Virus record (IMG/VR): IMGVR_UViG_3300020045_013245
Location: 1-55,570 of that record
Source of the DNA: a virus
Lineage: Duplodnaviria > Caudoviricetes
Direction: 5' to 3' (one strand)
DNA length: 55,570 nt
Shown here: piece after piece, positions 1 to 9,497 of the stretch
Numbering within the stretch: the stretch's first letter is position 1
Layout of the letters: every line of letters starts with the position of its first letter
Notes under the pieces: generated by a model
Told to the model about the DNA's origin: nothing
The model's database searches: none
What the model saw: only the letters and a program-made list of their open reading frames with translations
Made by a program: the position numbers and the translations under genes

Positions 1-65
1 AAAGAATTTATACAAACTATTATGAAAGAGAGGAGTTGACATTGTTGTGTCGACCTCCGATATAA

Positions 66-290
66 ATGAAACATAAATTTCGAATAGGTGATTTGGTTTA
101 TGATATTACGACCAGAAATATTTTAATAGTCGTAGAAACCGATTTCGTTCCTTTTGTTCCTGTGGTTCGCAAAGGACCAAAAAAATTAAAACAAGTTAAA
201 GCTTTCTATCCATCAAGACTCGGGACTAGACAACGAGGAGGAGTGTTCATTGTACAAGAAATTTGGCTTGAATTGTTGTGCAGACCATGA
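66..290 (+). CDS. small SH3/KOW-like hypothetical protein (array member 1)
   Basis: FRIGDLV start motif shared with the next five ORFs; ATGA coupling to the next gene. Confidence 0.6.
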   Translation: MKHKFRIGDLVYDITTRNILIVVETDFVPFVPVVRKGPKKLKQVKAFYPSRLGTRQRGGVFIVQEIWLELLCRP

Positions 291-496
291 TTGGCAAATT
301 TGGAAAAGGGGCTTTGGTCAAACTTTCCAATTCCAATCACATTGGAATAATTGTATTTTCTCCCTTTGATGACTCAGAAGTAGATTCTTTGACCAAAGAT
401 ATCCAAGAATTTGCTACTGTTCGAGTGCATTTCTCAACTGGCAATCATAAAAATTGGATAAGAATAAAATATCTTGAATTGTTGTGTGGTGTATGA
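287..496 (+). CDS. small SH3/KOW-like hypothetical protein (array member 2)
   Basis: FGKGALV...GIIV...VRVHF...W..LELL; start moved to the ATGA overlap at 287. Confidence 0.6.
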   Translation: MIGKFGKGALVKLSNSNHIGIIVFSPFDDSEVDSLTKDIQEFATVRVHFSTGNHKNWIRIKYLELLCGV

Positions 497-726
497 CTCA
501 CATTAAAAAAATTAGCATGAAAACCGATTGGGGCTTTAACGTAGGAGATCTTGTTAAAGATTTTGAAAGCAAAAAAATTGCAATTGTTCTGGAAACTAAT
601 ATTCCATTTGACATGTATAAGTTTTTAGGGGTCAAAGTTTTTTACGGCAAAGAAAAAAAGACGTGCGTGCTAAGCGGCATCTGGTTCACAGTGTTATCCT
701 CGGCAGGAGGAACAAGTGAAAATTAA
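493..726 (+). CDS. small SH3/KOW-like hypothetical protein (array member 3)
   Basis: FNVGDLVKD...AIVLE...VKVFY; ATGA overlap at 493. Confidence 0.6.
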   Translation: MTHIKKISMKTDWGFNVGDLVKDFESKKIAIVLETNIPFDMYKFLGVKVFYGKEKKTCVLSGIWFTVLSSAGGTSEN

Positions 727-889
727 ACAAGGAGACTTAGTTTACCATACAAGAGAGAAAAAAATTGGAGTGTACCTCGCTCGGCATCCTGATATTTTTA
801 GTAGATTTGTTTTGATTTATCTTGATAAAACCTTGTATTCAGCAAATCCGCTATATCTTACAGTGTTGGCAAGTCCAAATGAAAATTAG
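716..889 (+). CDS. small SH3/KOW-like hypothetical protein (array member 4; not in ORF track, 57 aa)
   Basis: GTG start 5 nt after AGGAGG (705-710); MKIKQGDLVYHTREKKIGVYL...LTVLASPNEN*. Confidence 0.6.
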   Translation: MKIKQGDLVYHTREKKIGVYLARHPDIFSRFVLIYLDKTLYSANPLYLTVLASPNEN

Positions 890-1088
890 ATTTGTTAAAA
901 TGCTTGAAGAGTTTCAGGTTGGAGATTTGGTTAGAGATTTCGGTACCAAAAGAGTTGGGATTATTTTGAAACATAATGGCAGATATGAATGTGTTAAGGT
1001 TTTTTGGTCCTGTGGGGAAGACAGAATATGCACACTTAGCAAGTTCTGGCTTGTGGTATTAGCTCGTGGCAAAGACAATGAGATTTAA
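879..1088 (+). CDS. small SH3/KOW-like hypothetical protein (array member 5; start 879 or 900)
   Basis: FQVGDLVRD...GIILK...VKVFW; close paralogue of 493-726. Confidence 0.6.
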   Translation: MKIRFVKMLEEFQVGDLVRDFGTKRVGIILKHNGRYECVKVFWSCGEDRICTLSKFWLVVLARGKDNEI

Positions 1089-1263
1089 AAAAGGTGACTT
1101 GGTTAAAGATAGAATTTCAGATGAATATCCAGATGCAAGCTTCGGCATTGGAATAGTTGTTGATGTTATAAAAGAAAATCTTGTAGTTTATTTTCCTAAA
1201 GGAAAAAGAAAACATTGGGTCGATGCTTGGACACTTGTGAAACTCACAGGTACAAATGGCTAA
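1078..1263 (+). CDS. small SH3/KOW-like hypothetical protein (array member 6)
   Basis: MRFKKGDLVKD...GIVVDV...VVYF...W. Confidence 0.6.
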   Translation: MRFKKGDLVKDRISDEYPDASFGIGIVVDVIKENLVVYFPKGKRKHWVDAWTLVKLTGTNG

Positions 1264-1450
1264 TGAAAAAGAAAATCATTATCTGCTCAGCCATCGCTCT
1301 TCTAAGCTTTTTTCCAGCAGCACTTCTCTACCTCTCTCAGCAGAGGGTCAACGTTGCTTTTTCCTCTTGCGCAATTGGCTCAAGATTTGGTTTTCAGAGT
1401 CAGGAAGTACCTGAGTCAACATCTGAACAAGAGCCCGTTAAAACGAAACA
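1263..1450 (+). CDS. N-terminal part of a membrane-anchored/secreted protein, cut by the junction near 1450
   Basis: TAATG coupling; MKKK plus hydrophobic stretch; beyond ~1450 the ORF is only antisense of the capsid fragment. Confidence 0.4.
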
Positions 1451-2035
1451 TGAAGCAGTAACTACTGAACCTGAACCTGCAGCTACTACTGGAGTAGTAC
1501 CACCACCAGTTGAACCAGTTAATTGTGCTGATGCTGAGAATTGGTTAGTTGAGAAAGTAAATCTACCAGCACCATATAAACCACCAACCGGAGCTGGAGT
1601 TGCAAATGGGAACTGAGAAGCAGTATTTCTGTTACCATATAAAGAATCACCTGTTGAGAATGGAGTCTTACTGTTTCCGTATTGGAAATCTAAGAAGAAC
1701 ACTAGACCTGACGGCATATTCATTGGTTGAACAGAAACGAATTCTTTAGCTACGATAGTACCAAATACTTTTCTTACTAAAGGTAAAGCAATACCAGCCC
1801 AGTTTTCACCTGTTCCACCTGAAGTGAATGATGAATTTGAAGTTAAGGTATTGGTTTCAGTTACTAATTGCTTAGCCTGATTTTCTAATAAAAGGGACAT
1901 GTTATTACTGTCCACAGTAGTTAAGCCTTCTAATAGACCTGTTTTAGTCCATTTAGAAGCTAATTTAGCTGCATCACTTTGAAGTGTTTTCCAAGATCCT
2001 GCTGCGCTTTCTAATAATTGATGTACGTTTGACAT
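1450..2035 (-). pseudogene. major capsid protein (T4 gp23-like), N-terminal fragment of a second, diverged copy
   Basis: GLLEGL, LLENQAKQ, ALPLVRKVF, FVSVQPMNMPSGLVFFLDF match 4628-6241; homology stops after VVTAS (~1450). Confidence 0.85.
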
Positions 2036-2069
2036 TTTTAATTAATTGTTGTTGTTTTTGTTTTTGTTA

Positions 2070-3098
2070 TTATTGTTTTTTGATACCAGCTAATAACTGC
2101 CATCTGTTTACCTGATCGTTTACTTCAAGAATTGGTTTCTTTGGAGCAATACCTGATACTTTAGATGCAGCACCTCTTAATAATGATTCGTTAACTGGGG
2201 CTTTTGTTGTTTTTAAACCTTCACTTAATGTTTCATATACTAATTTAGCTTCTTTTACGTTAACAGCTTTATCAAATGCTGCTAATACTTTTACCTTTTG
2301 TGATTCAGATAAGTTTTTGTTTCTGAAGATTTTGTTTGTGTAAAGTAATTTAGCGTTGAATAAGTTAACTTCGTTTAATTCAGATTTAACAAGTTTTAAA
2401 GCGTCATAAGCTTCTTTAAGTTCTTTTTCCATCTTTTTAACTTTGTCTTCTTTATCATCTTCTTTTTTGGTTTTTGATTTTTTAATTTCAGCTACCATAT
2501 CTTCAATTGATATTTCTTCTTCACCTTCTTCTCCACCCATTTCCATTTCTTCTTCACCTTCTACTTCATCTTCATTACCAGCTTCTAATTCACCTGCTGA
2601 TACCATGTCCGAGATTACATCTTTAATAAAACTTTCTAGATCTTCAGTGCTCATGTCTTCAATGTTGATATCATCATCCATTTCATCCGGAACTCCATCA
2701 GCGTCATCATCAACTCCTTCAGCATCTTCTTCTTCTTTAATGTTACCGTGTGCTGTTGGTGTTGTTTCAGGATCGTTTAATAGATCTTCTGTTTCATTTA
2801 ATGAATCCATTTCTTCTAATTCTCTTAAAAGTTCTTCTAGATTCATGTCATCTTCGTTAGTTGTAGCTTCTTCTACTTCAGCGGTTTCACCCACGTTCAC
2901 AGTTTCTTCTACTTCTTCTTTTGTTTCTTTTAACTCTTTTTCATCTTCTTCTTCATCTAATTCGTTTAACTTTGCAGCTAATCTTTCTCTTAGGTAAGGG
3001 TTGAAGGTTTCTTCAAGAGCTAATTTTGCGTTTTCTAATGCTGTGTTACGAACTGCTTTTGCTTCAGCAATAGCTTGTTCTAATAGAGTTTTACTCAT
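2070..3098 (-). CDS. prohead core scaffolding protein (gp22-like), second copy
   Basis: Very acidic coiled coil; C-terminal LNEVNLFNAKLLY...FDKA...EAKLVYETL...RWQLLAGI; directly upstream of the capsid gene. Confidence 0.8.
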   Translation of the reverse strand: MSKTLLEQAIAEAKAVRNTALENAKLALEETFNPYLRERLAAKLNELDEEEDEKELKETKEEVEETVNVGETAEVEEATTNEDDMNLEELLRELEEMDSLNETEDLLNDPETTPTAHGNIKEEEDAEGVDDDADGVPDEMDDDINIEDMSTEDLESFIKDVISDMVSAGELEAGNEDEVEGEEEMEMGGEEGEEEISIEDMVAEIKKSKTKKEDDKEDKVKKMEKELKEAYDALKLVKSELNEVNLFNAKLLYTNKIFRNKNLSESQKVKVLAAFDKAVNVKEAKLVYETLSEGLKTTKAPVNESLLRGAASKVSGIAPKKPILEVNDQVNRWQLLAGIKKQ

Positions 3099-3283
3099 TT
3101 GTTTGATCTCCTAATTTAATTTTTTGTTTCGGAAATATACTTATTGTAAAAAAGTATAATAGATTGGTTAGTGTTTGACTAATGCTATATTAAGGTAAGA
3201 ATAGCATATTATTTATATGTCGAAGATAAATACACCAATAAAAGCAAAAACCAACGAAAAAATAAATATTTCTTTTGGAAATA

Positions 3284-3534
3284 TTATAAATTATGTTTTT
3301 CTTTAAATGCTAATAAATCGTAATATAAAGATTTTGATTGTTCTTTAGATAAAGATGAGGATATTTTTTAGATATGATGGTTTTACATACTTTAAATGTA
3401 TTGAATGCCATTCAGGGAGATATAACCACCATTTATGTTTTTTTTTCTAATAATTCTTCTCTTAATTTTTGAATCAAAGGAATATAATTATTAATTACTC
3501 TAATTTCATTATATATAGGTGATAATTTTATCAT
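3284..3534 (-). pseudogene. MIKL-leader family protein, frameshifted (not in ORF track)
   Basis: Starts by ATGA overlap with the protease stop: MIKLSPIYNEIRVI. The family C-terminal motif LSKEQSKSLYYDLLAFKEKHNL* is in another frame; the span is 251 nt and contains homopolymer runs. Confidence 0.65.
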
Positions 3535-3765
3535 TTTAATTCACAAGCACATACACCTGTTCTAGTACAAATAATATCAGTAATTATTTCATTGATTTTA
3601 TCATATTTTCCATAACTAATGCCCGAATTTAATCCTTCAGTTATTTTCATATATGAATTAGGTGTTGATGGATTTGACACTAAATCCCAACCTATTAATG
3701 ATAAATCATTTTGTACTTCTACAGCTTCACCCATTTGTTGAACTGAACCCATAGCACGTGATGAA
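3531..3765 (-). pseudogene. prohead core protease (T4 gp21-like), C-terminal fragment
   Basis: SSRAMGSV...WDLVSNPSTP motifs of the gp21 family; N-terminus lost at the junction near 3765. Confidence 0.8.
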
Positions 3766-4602
3766 GATGAAACAGAAACTGATGATGTAGAATTAGGTGG
3801 TGATGAAGAAGTAGAAGACGTAGATTCTAAAGATGTAAAAGATTTATCTGTTGAAGAATTAAAAGATGTTATCAGAGATATTGTTCAAACTGAATTAGCT
3901 AGTGGAGCCGTACCAGGAGATGAAACAATGGATGATACTAGTGAAATGCCAACAGATGATTTATCAATGAATGGTGATGAAGGAACAGAAGGAGATATTG
4001 ATACAATGGCTCCAGTAGGTAATGATGTATTAGATGCAAATACTGGAGTAGATGATGAAGATGATGAAGACATTGATTTAGATGAAGTTTTAGCTGAATT
4101 AGAAGCTATTAATACAGCGGGTGATGATATTAAAGAAGGTGCAAAACAAAGTGTTATTAAAAAAACAATGAATAGCAAAACAGGTGCACCTGGATTTAAA
4201 AAGGTTGGAACTTTAAAAGAAGTAGATAAATTAAAAACAGAATTAAATGAAGCATATAAAGTTATTAACATGCAACGTAAAGAATTAAAAGAAAATAACT
4301 TATTAAATGCTAAATTAATATATCTTAATTCAATTTTTAAAGCAAAAACTTTAAATGAATCACAAAAATTAAAAGTAATCGAAAAATTCGATAAAGCAAC
4401 AACAATAAAAGAAGCAAAATTAGTATTCGAAACATTAATGGATGGATTTAAAACAAAACAATCAACAAAAACATTAGTTAAAGAATCATTATCATTTGCT
4501 TCCAAACCTGCAGGAGTTGCTTTTAAAAAACCAATTGTAAATGTTGATGCAACAGTCCAAAGATTCCAAGAATTAGCAGGTATAAGTAAAAAACAATTTT
4601 AA
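3760..4602 (+). CDS. prohead core scaffolding protein (gp22-like), 5'-truncated
   Basis: Acidic scaffold-like reading continues upstream of ATG 3928 to ~3760 (DEDETETDD...DLSVEELKDVIRDIV); C-terminus NLLNAKLIY...RFQELAGI. Confidence 0.8.
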   Translation, partial: DEDETETDDVELGGDEEVEDVDSKDVKDLSVEELKDVIRDIVQTELASGAVPGDETMDDTSEMPTDDLSMNGDEGTEGDIDTMAPVGNDVLDANTGVDDEDDEDIDLDEVLAELEAINTAGDDIKEGAKQSVIKKTMNSKTGAPGFKKVGTLKEVDKLKTELNEAYKVINMQRKELKENNLLNAKLIYLNSIFKAKTLNESQKLKVIEKFDKATTIKEAKLVFETLMDGFKTKQSTKTLVKESLSFASKPAGVAFKKPIVNVDATVQRFQELAGISKKQF

Positions 4603-4627
4603 ACAAAAATAAAAAAAAAATAAAAAA

Positions 4628-6241
4628 ATGAATATTCAAACATTATTAGAATCTTCTTCACCCTATAAACAAGTACGTGATGATGCCTCTCGTTTAGCGA
4701 AAAAATGGGCAGATTCAGGTTTACTAGAAGGGCTAAAAACTGAAGTAGAACGTCACAACATGTCAATGTTGTTAGAAAACCAAGCAAAACAAATAATTAC
4801 CGAAGCAAACGTAACAGGTGCTGGAGTAGCTGGTGCTAGCTTTACAGCTGGAGCAGGTGAACAATGGGCTGGGGTAGCTTTACCTTTAGTTCGTAGGATT
4901 TTTGCCGAAATTGCTGCTAAAGATTTTGTATCAGTTCAACCAATGAACTTACCTTCAGGTCTTGTGTTTTATCTAGATTTTAAATATGGTACTACTAAAT
5001 CTCCTTTCACTTCTGGTGATAGTCTTTATGGTGCTACTGCAAATTTAAAAGATACAGATTTAACAAAAGGTTTATATGGAGCAGGTAGATTTAGTTATTC
5101 AATTAACAACGCTACAGGTTCAGGTACAGGTACAGTAACTTCAGCTTCATGGGCAGATGTAAATTTTGATGCTAACTTTTCATCATCTGTATTAAATCAA
5201 CAAATCAAATTAGTAGCTGTTCCAACTGCTTCTATTCCTGATTTTGATCCAGTGGGTGTAAGAGCATTTATTCCTGCTTCAGGTTCAACTGCATTAGTAT
5301 ATTTACAATCATTTACTAAACTATCTGGTGGTAATATAGTATTTGCATTATCTGGTTCAACAGGTCAAACACCAAATGGTGGTACTTATACAATTACTTA
5401 TCAATTCCAACCTCGTGATAATGCACGTGGTGATTTTGAAGATGGTAATAGTGTATTAAATGCACAAAATCAACCTATTGTAATTCCTACAGTAGATGTT
5501 CAATTAAGAAGTGATTCTATTGTTGCTAAAACACGTAAATTAAAAGCACAATGGACACCTGAATTTTCACAAGATTTAAATGCTTACCATAGCTTAGATG
5601 CAGAAGCTGAATTAACTTCAATGCTTTCTGAATATATTGCAATGGAAGTGGATCTTGAAATTTTAAGTATGTTAATTGAAAATGCTTCTACAGTAGATGC
5701 ATGGTCAGCTGTTAATAACCAACAAACAAATGCTGATTTGTCTGGATTTACTCAACAATCTGCAACAACAGGTGGTTTTTACAATTCACAAGGTCAATGG
5801 TTCCAAACATTAGGTACTAAACTTGCAAAAGTATCAAATAAAATTCACCAAAAAACACTTAGAGGTGGTGCTAATTTCTTAGTAACTTCTCCTACAGTAT
5901 GTACTATTCTTGAATCAATTCCTGGATATGCAACTGATGCAAAAGGTGGTGAAGCTGAATTTGCTATGGGTGTTCAAAAAGCAGGTACTATTAATTCACG
6001 TTGGAAAGTTTATAAGAATCCTTATATGACTGAAAACTTAATATTAATGGGCTTTAGAGGTTCACAATTCCTTGAAACAGGTGCTGTTTATGCTCCTTAT
6101 GTACCGTTAATTATGACACCTATTGTATATGATCCTGATACATTTACACCAAGAAAAGGTCTTTTAACAAGATATGCTAAGAAAATGGTTCGTCCAGATT
6201 TCTACGGCGTGGTGAAAGTGGCAGGTCTAGATACAATCTAA
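4628..6241 (+). CDS. major capsid protein (T4 gp23-like)
   Basis: SVQPMNLPSGLVF, AKTRKLKAQWTPEFSQDL, YAPYVPL, TRYA motifs. Confidence 0.95.
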   Translation: MNIQTLLESSSPYKQVRDDASRLAKKWADSGLLEGLKTEVERHNMSMLLENQAKQIITEANVTGAGVAGASFTAGAGEQWAGVALPLVRRIFAEIAAKDFVSVQPMNLPSGLVFYLDFKYGTTKSPFTSGDSLYGATANLKDTDLTKGLYGAGRFSYSINNATGSGTGTVTSASWADVNFDANFSSSVLNQQIKLVAVPTASIPDFDPVGVRAFIPASGSTALVYLQSFTKLSGGNIVFALSGSTGQTPNGGTYTITYQFQPRDNARGDFEDGNSVLNAQNQPIVIPTVDVQLRSDSIVAKTRKLKAQWTPEFSQDLNAYHSLDAEAELTSMLSEYIAMEVDLEILSMLIENASTVDAWSAVNNQQTNADLSGFTQQSATTGGFYNSQGQWFQTLGTKLAKVSNKIHQKTLRGGANFLVTSPTVCTILESIPGYATDAKGGEAEFAMGVQKAGTINSRWKVYKNPYMTENLILMGFRGSQFLETGAVYAPYVPLIMTPIVYDPDTFTPRKGLLTRYAKKMVRPDFYGVVKVAGLDTI

Positions 6242-6269
6242 TATCAATAATTGCTAATTAAACAATAAT

Positions 6270-6299
6270 AAAGCTCAAGCGTTTGCTTGGGCTTTTTTT
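6270..6299 (+). terminator. intrinsic terminator after the capsid gene
   Basis: AAAGCTCAAGC-gttt-GCTTGGGCTTT followed by a T-run. Confidence 0.8.
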
Positions 6300-6320
6300 C
6301 TTATTACCATAAGAATTAAA

Positions 6321-6328
6321 TATTTATA
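6321..6328 (+). promoter_or_regulatory. TATTTATA putative late promoter
   Basis: Same octamer recurs shortly upstream of many virion genes. Confidence 0.55.
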
Positions 6329-6340
6329 ACAAATATTTTA

Positions 6341-6607
6341 GTGATTAAATTATTACCTATATATAATGAAATTAAAGTAATTTCAAAAATTACTCCTAAA
6401 ATAATATATGATAAATGTATATCTATTATTGATGATTTATCAATTAGTCCTTCAGGAAGAACACGAGGTTGGAATGGATTATATGGATTATTATATAAAA
6501 ATGGTTGGGATTCAAATGTAAGAAATCCTGATTTTTTTCAATTTTTAAATAAACAATCTCAATTAAAATTAAAAAATTTATACAACGAATTACTTAAACT
6601 AAAATAA
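6341..6607 (+). CDS. MIKL-leader family protein (ITP..LY.EL payload)
   Basis: MIKLLPIYNE|IKVISKITP...LKNLYNELLKLK; GTG start. Confidence 0.75.
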   Translation: MIKLLPIYNEIKVISKITPKIIYDKCISIIDDLSISPSGRTRGWNGLYGLLYKNGWDSNVRNPDFFQFLNKQSQLKLKNLYNELLKLK

Positions 6608-6608
6608 T

Positions 6609-7277
6609 ATGTCTGAACATGGAACAAAACGTATACCAAAAGGCGAAATCAAATTTAATATAACACTAAATGAAGAACAAAAACAAGCAAAAGCAGAAAT
6701 ATTAAGAAATACAATAACTGTATTAAAAGGAGAAGCAGGTTCAGGTAAATCAATGGTAGCAGCTCAAACAGCTCTAGATTTATTATTTAAACATACTGTT
6801 GAAAAAATTATATTAACTAGACCAGCGGTTACATCAGGTGAAGATATAGGATTTTTACCAGGTGATAAAGATGCTAAAATGTCTGTTTATACTGCTGCTG
6901 TATATGATAATATGTTTAGATTATATACAAAGGATAAAATTGATAAAGAAATTTCAGAAGGTAGAATTGAAGTAATTCCTTTAGCTTTTATGAGAGGAAG
7001 AAATTTATCAAATTGTTGTGTTGTTGTTGATGAAGCACAAAATATTACTCACAGACAAATGGAATTATTATTAGGTCGTTTATGTAATGGTTCAAAAATG
7101 ATTTTATGTGGTGATGCTGCACAAATAGATTTAAAAGATAGAAAAATGTCTGGATTTGATTTTATTACAAAACATTTTATTGGTATAGAAGGATTTGTTA
7201 CAATTACATTAAAAACAAATCATCGTCATGAAATAGTACCTAAATTATTAGAAATATATTCAAATTATCGTGATTAA
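6609..7277 (+). CDS. phoH: PhoH-family ATPase
   Basis: GEAGSGKS, GFLPG, RGRNL, DEAQN, GD..QID, HRH motifs. Confidence 0.93.
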   Translation: MSEHGTKRIPKGEIKFNITLNEEQKQAKAEILRNTITVLKGEAGSGKSMVAAQTALDLLFKHTVEKIILTRPAVTSGEDIGFLPGDKDAKMSVYTAAVYDNMFRLYTKDKIDKEISEGRIEVIPLAFMRGRNLSNCCVVVDEAQNITHRQMELLLGRLCNGSKMILCGDAAQIDLKDRKMSGFDFITKHFIGIEGFVTITLKTNHRHEIVPKLLEIYSNYRD

Positions 7278-7563
7278 GTTATTATCCATATTAAATGAAA
7301 TTAAAGTAGTACCTGATATTTTATCTAAAATTAAACAAAAATTATTATCTTTGAAAAAAGGTGATAAAGTTAAATATACTGCAGTAGATGGAGAAATAAT
7401 TGAAGGAATAATACATTATTTTAAAGAATATAAAGGAGATGGTTCATTAGTTATTAGGACACCTGGTAAATTTTTTCATAGAGATACGTCAATTTATGTG
7501 GATTTTACTAATAAAGTTAATAATAGAACATCACAATCATTTTATACTTTAGAAAAAATATAA
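7270..7563 (+). CDS. MIKL-leader family protein (SH3/KOW-like payload)
   Basis: MIKLLSILNE|IKVV...LKKGDKVKY. Confidence 0.75.
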   Translation: MIKLLSILNEIKVVPDILSKIKQKLLSLKKGDKVKYTAVDGEIIEGIIHYFKEYKGDGSLVIRTPGKFFHRDTSIYVDFTNKVNNRTSQSFYTLEKI

Positions 7564-7576
7564 TAAAAAAATTCAA

Positions 7577-7584
7577 TATTTATA
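7577..7584 (+). promoter_or_regulatory. TATTTATA putative late promoter
   Basis: 13 nt upstream of the neck gene start. Confidence 0.55.
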
Positions 7585-7597
7585 TACAAATAATTAA

Positions 7598-8797
7598 ATG
7601 CTAGATATCGAAATATATAGTGAGCCCGTAGGACCAATATCTGGTTCTACCCCTTTTGGTTTCTATGACACTGATAGTGTTTATCAATTAGAAGCACCCA
7701 AATTTACACGTTGGGCAGCAAGAAGACTAGGTTATCCCATGACTAATGTGGAACTTCAATCTGGGTCCTTTTTTACTGCATTTGAAGAAGCTGTTACTGT
7801 TTATGGTAACGAAATATATCAATGGAAAATTAGAGAGAATTACCTAACAATGGAAGGTAATTTAGTTCCAACTTCTTCAAATTTTTCATTTAATAATTCT
7901 ATTATTACTCCTAATTTAGGTAGAATTATAAAAATTGCAAAAAATTATGGTTCAGAAGCAGGTACAGGAGGTACTGTAAGATATTATACTGGTTCTATTT
8001 CATTAAGTGCTGGAAAACAAGATTATGATTTAAATGTATGGGCTTCATTGTCTGCATCATTAGAACCAAATGATTCCATTGAAGTAAAACGTATATTTTA
8101 TGAAAATCCTCCAGCAATTGTTCGTTATTTTGATCCTTATGCTGGTACAGGTACTGGAATACAATCATTGTTAGAAACTTTTGGTTTTGGTCAATTTTCA
8201 CCAGGTATTAATTTTATGTTAATGCCAATTTATTTTGATTTGGAAAAAATTCAAGCTATTGAATTTAACGACCAAATAAGACGTTCAGCGTACTCTTTTG
8301 ATTTAGTAAATAATCAGTTAAGAATATTTCCTATACCAACAATAGAAGGAGCCCATTTATATTTTCATTATATTAAAGTTTCTGAAAGAGATGGTGTAAT
8401 TTCAAATCAATTAAGTGGTGGAGGATATAGTGCTTCATTTTCTTCAAATAAACCTATTACTAATATTTCTAATGTTCCATTCCAAAATCCAGTTTATTCA
8501 CAAATTAATAGTATTGGTAAACAATGGATTTATCAATATGGTTTAGCTGTTGCAAAAGAAATGTTAGGATTAATAAGAAATAAATATTCAACAGTTCCAA
8601 TTCCAGGTTCAGAAGTTACTTTAAATGGACAAACTTTAATAGATGGTGCTGCAAAAGAAAAAGATGCTTTATTATTAGCATTAAGAGATACTTTAGCACA
8701 AACATCAAGAAAAGTTCAAATGGAAAATCAAAAAATGGAAGCTGATTTTACTAAAGATACTTTGAATAATGTTCCAATGAGTATATATATTATGTAA
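7598..8797 (+). CDS. neck/head-completion protein (T4 gp13-like)
   Basis: RRLGYP..NVEL N-terminal motif; WIYQYGLAVAKEMLG.IRNKY...IPG.EVTLNG C-terminal motif; synteny. Confidence 0.8.
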   Translation: MLDIEIYSEPVGPISGSTPFGFYDTDSVYQLEAPKFTRWAARRLGYPMTNVELQSGSFFTAFEEAVTVYGNEIYQWKIRENYLTMEGNLVPTSSNFSFNNSIITPNLGRIIKIAKNYGSEAGTGGTVRYYTGSISLSAGKQDYDLNVWASLSASLEPNDSIEVKRIFYENPPAIVRYFDPYAGTGTGIQSLLETFGFGQFSPGINFMLMPIYFDLEKIQAIEFNDQIRRSAYSFDLVNNQLRIFPIPTIEGAHLYFHYIKVSERDGVISNQLSGGGYSASFSSNKPITNISNVPFQNPVYSQINSIGKQWIYQYGLAVAKEMLGLIRNKYSTVPIPGSEVTLNGQTLIDGAAKEKDALLLALRDTLAQTSRKVQMENQKMEADFTKDTLNNVPMSIYIM

Positions 8798-9147
8798 TGA
8801 TAAAATTAAAACCATTATATGAAATAAAAGTAGTTAAACCTTTGAAATTAAATGCAAAAGGACAACAATTAATTAAAGATTATGATGAATTTAATAGATT
8901 AGTTGAATTATTTGATATAACAGCTATAAACAGTAATGACTTTGAAGGAAATGATGATTATAATTATGTTTGGGATATTCAATTAATTGTAAACACACCT
9001 ATATATTCAAATAAAGGAACTACAAATATAGAATTATTAAAACAATATTTAATAAATGAAAGATATGGAGAATGGAATGAATTAGAAGAAGATGAAAAAA
9101 GGGAATTTGAAATTGATTTAAAATATTATTTAACGTGTTTTTCATGA
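8797..9147 (+). CDS. MIKL-leader family protein (LxxKG payload)
   Basis: MIKLKPLYE|IKVVKPLKLNAKGQQL; TAATG coupling. Confidence 0.75.
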   Translation: MIKLKPLYEIKVVKPLKLNAKGQQLIKDYDEFNRLVELFDITAINSNDFEGNDDYNYVWDIQLIVNTPIYSNKGTTNIELLKQYLINERYGEWNELEEDEKREFEIDLKYYLTCFS

Positions 9148-9497
9148 TAAAACAACCTAACATATTATTAACAGAAATAATTAACTTATTTGAATGTCAA
9201 GTATTACTTCGAAGTGAAACTTCATATAATAAAGTAGATATATTTAATCAAATAAGAGCTGTTTCTGGTGTAGTAGTAGTAAATATAGTATCAAATGATT
9301 ATTTAGAATCAAAAAGAACTAAGGACTATGAATATTCTTTATTAAAAGTAAAGTATATTGTTAATAAATCTCCTATTGATGATATTAAAGCATTAGGTAT
9401 AAAAATGTTAAAGGGAGATGGAGAACAAATTCCTAAAATAGATGGAATTGTTTCATTTTTACCAAGATTAAAAACAATTAGAAAAGTTGGAAAATGA
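9144..9497 (+). CDS. hypothetical protein with MIK..ILLTE leader variant
   Basis: ATGA overlap at 9144 gives MIKQPNILLTE|II. Confidence 0.65.
   Translation: MIKQPNILLTEIINLFECQVLLRSETSYNKVDIFNQIRAVSGVVVVNIVSNDYLESKRTKDYEYSLLKVKYIVNKSPIDDIKALGIKMLKGDGEQIPKIDGIVSFLPRLKTIRKVGK

Noticed and set aside
36-66. TTGACA...TATAAA sigma70 promoter
   Set aside because: 19-nt spacing and the -10 overlaps the ATG; too weak to call
1215-1616. 133-aa ORF as a complete gene
   Set aside because: It crosses the ~1450 junction; the 3' part is antisense capsid sequence
2443-4505. Ser-rich ORFs 2443-2997(+) and 3885-4505(-)
   Set aside because: Antisense shadows of the acidic scaffold genes
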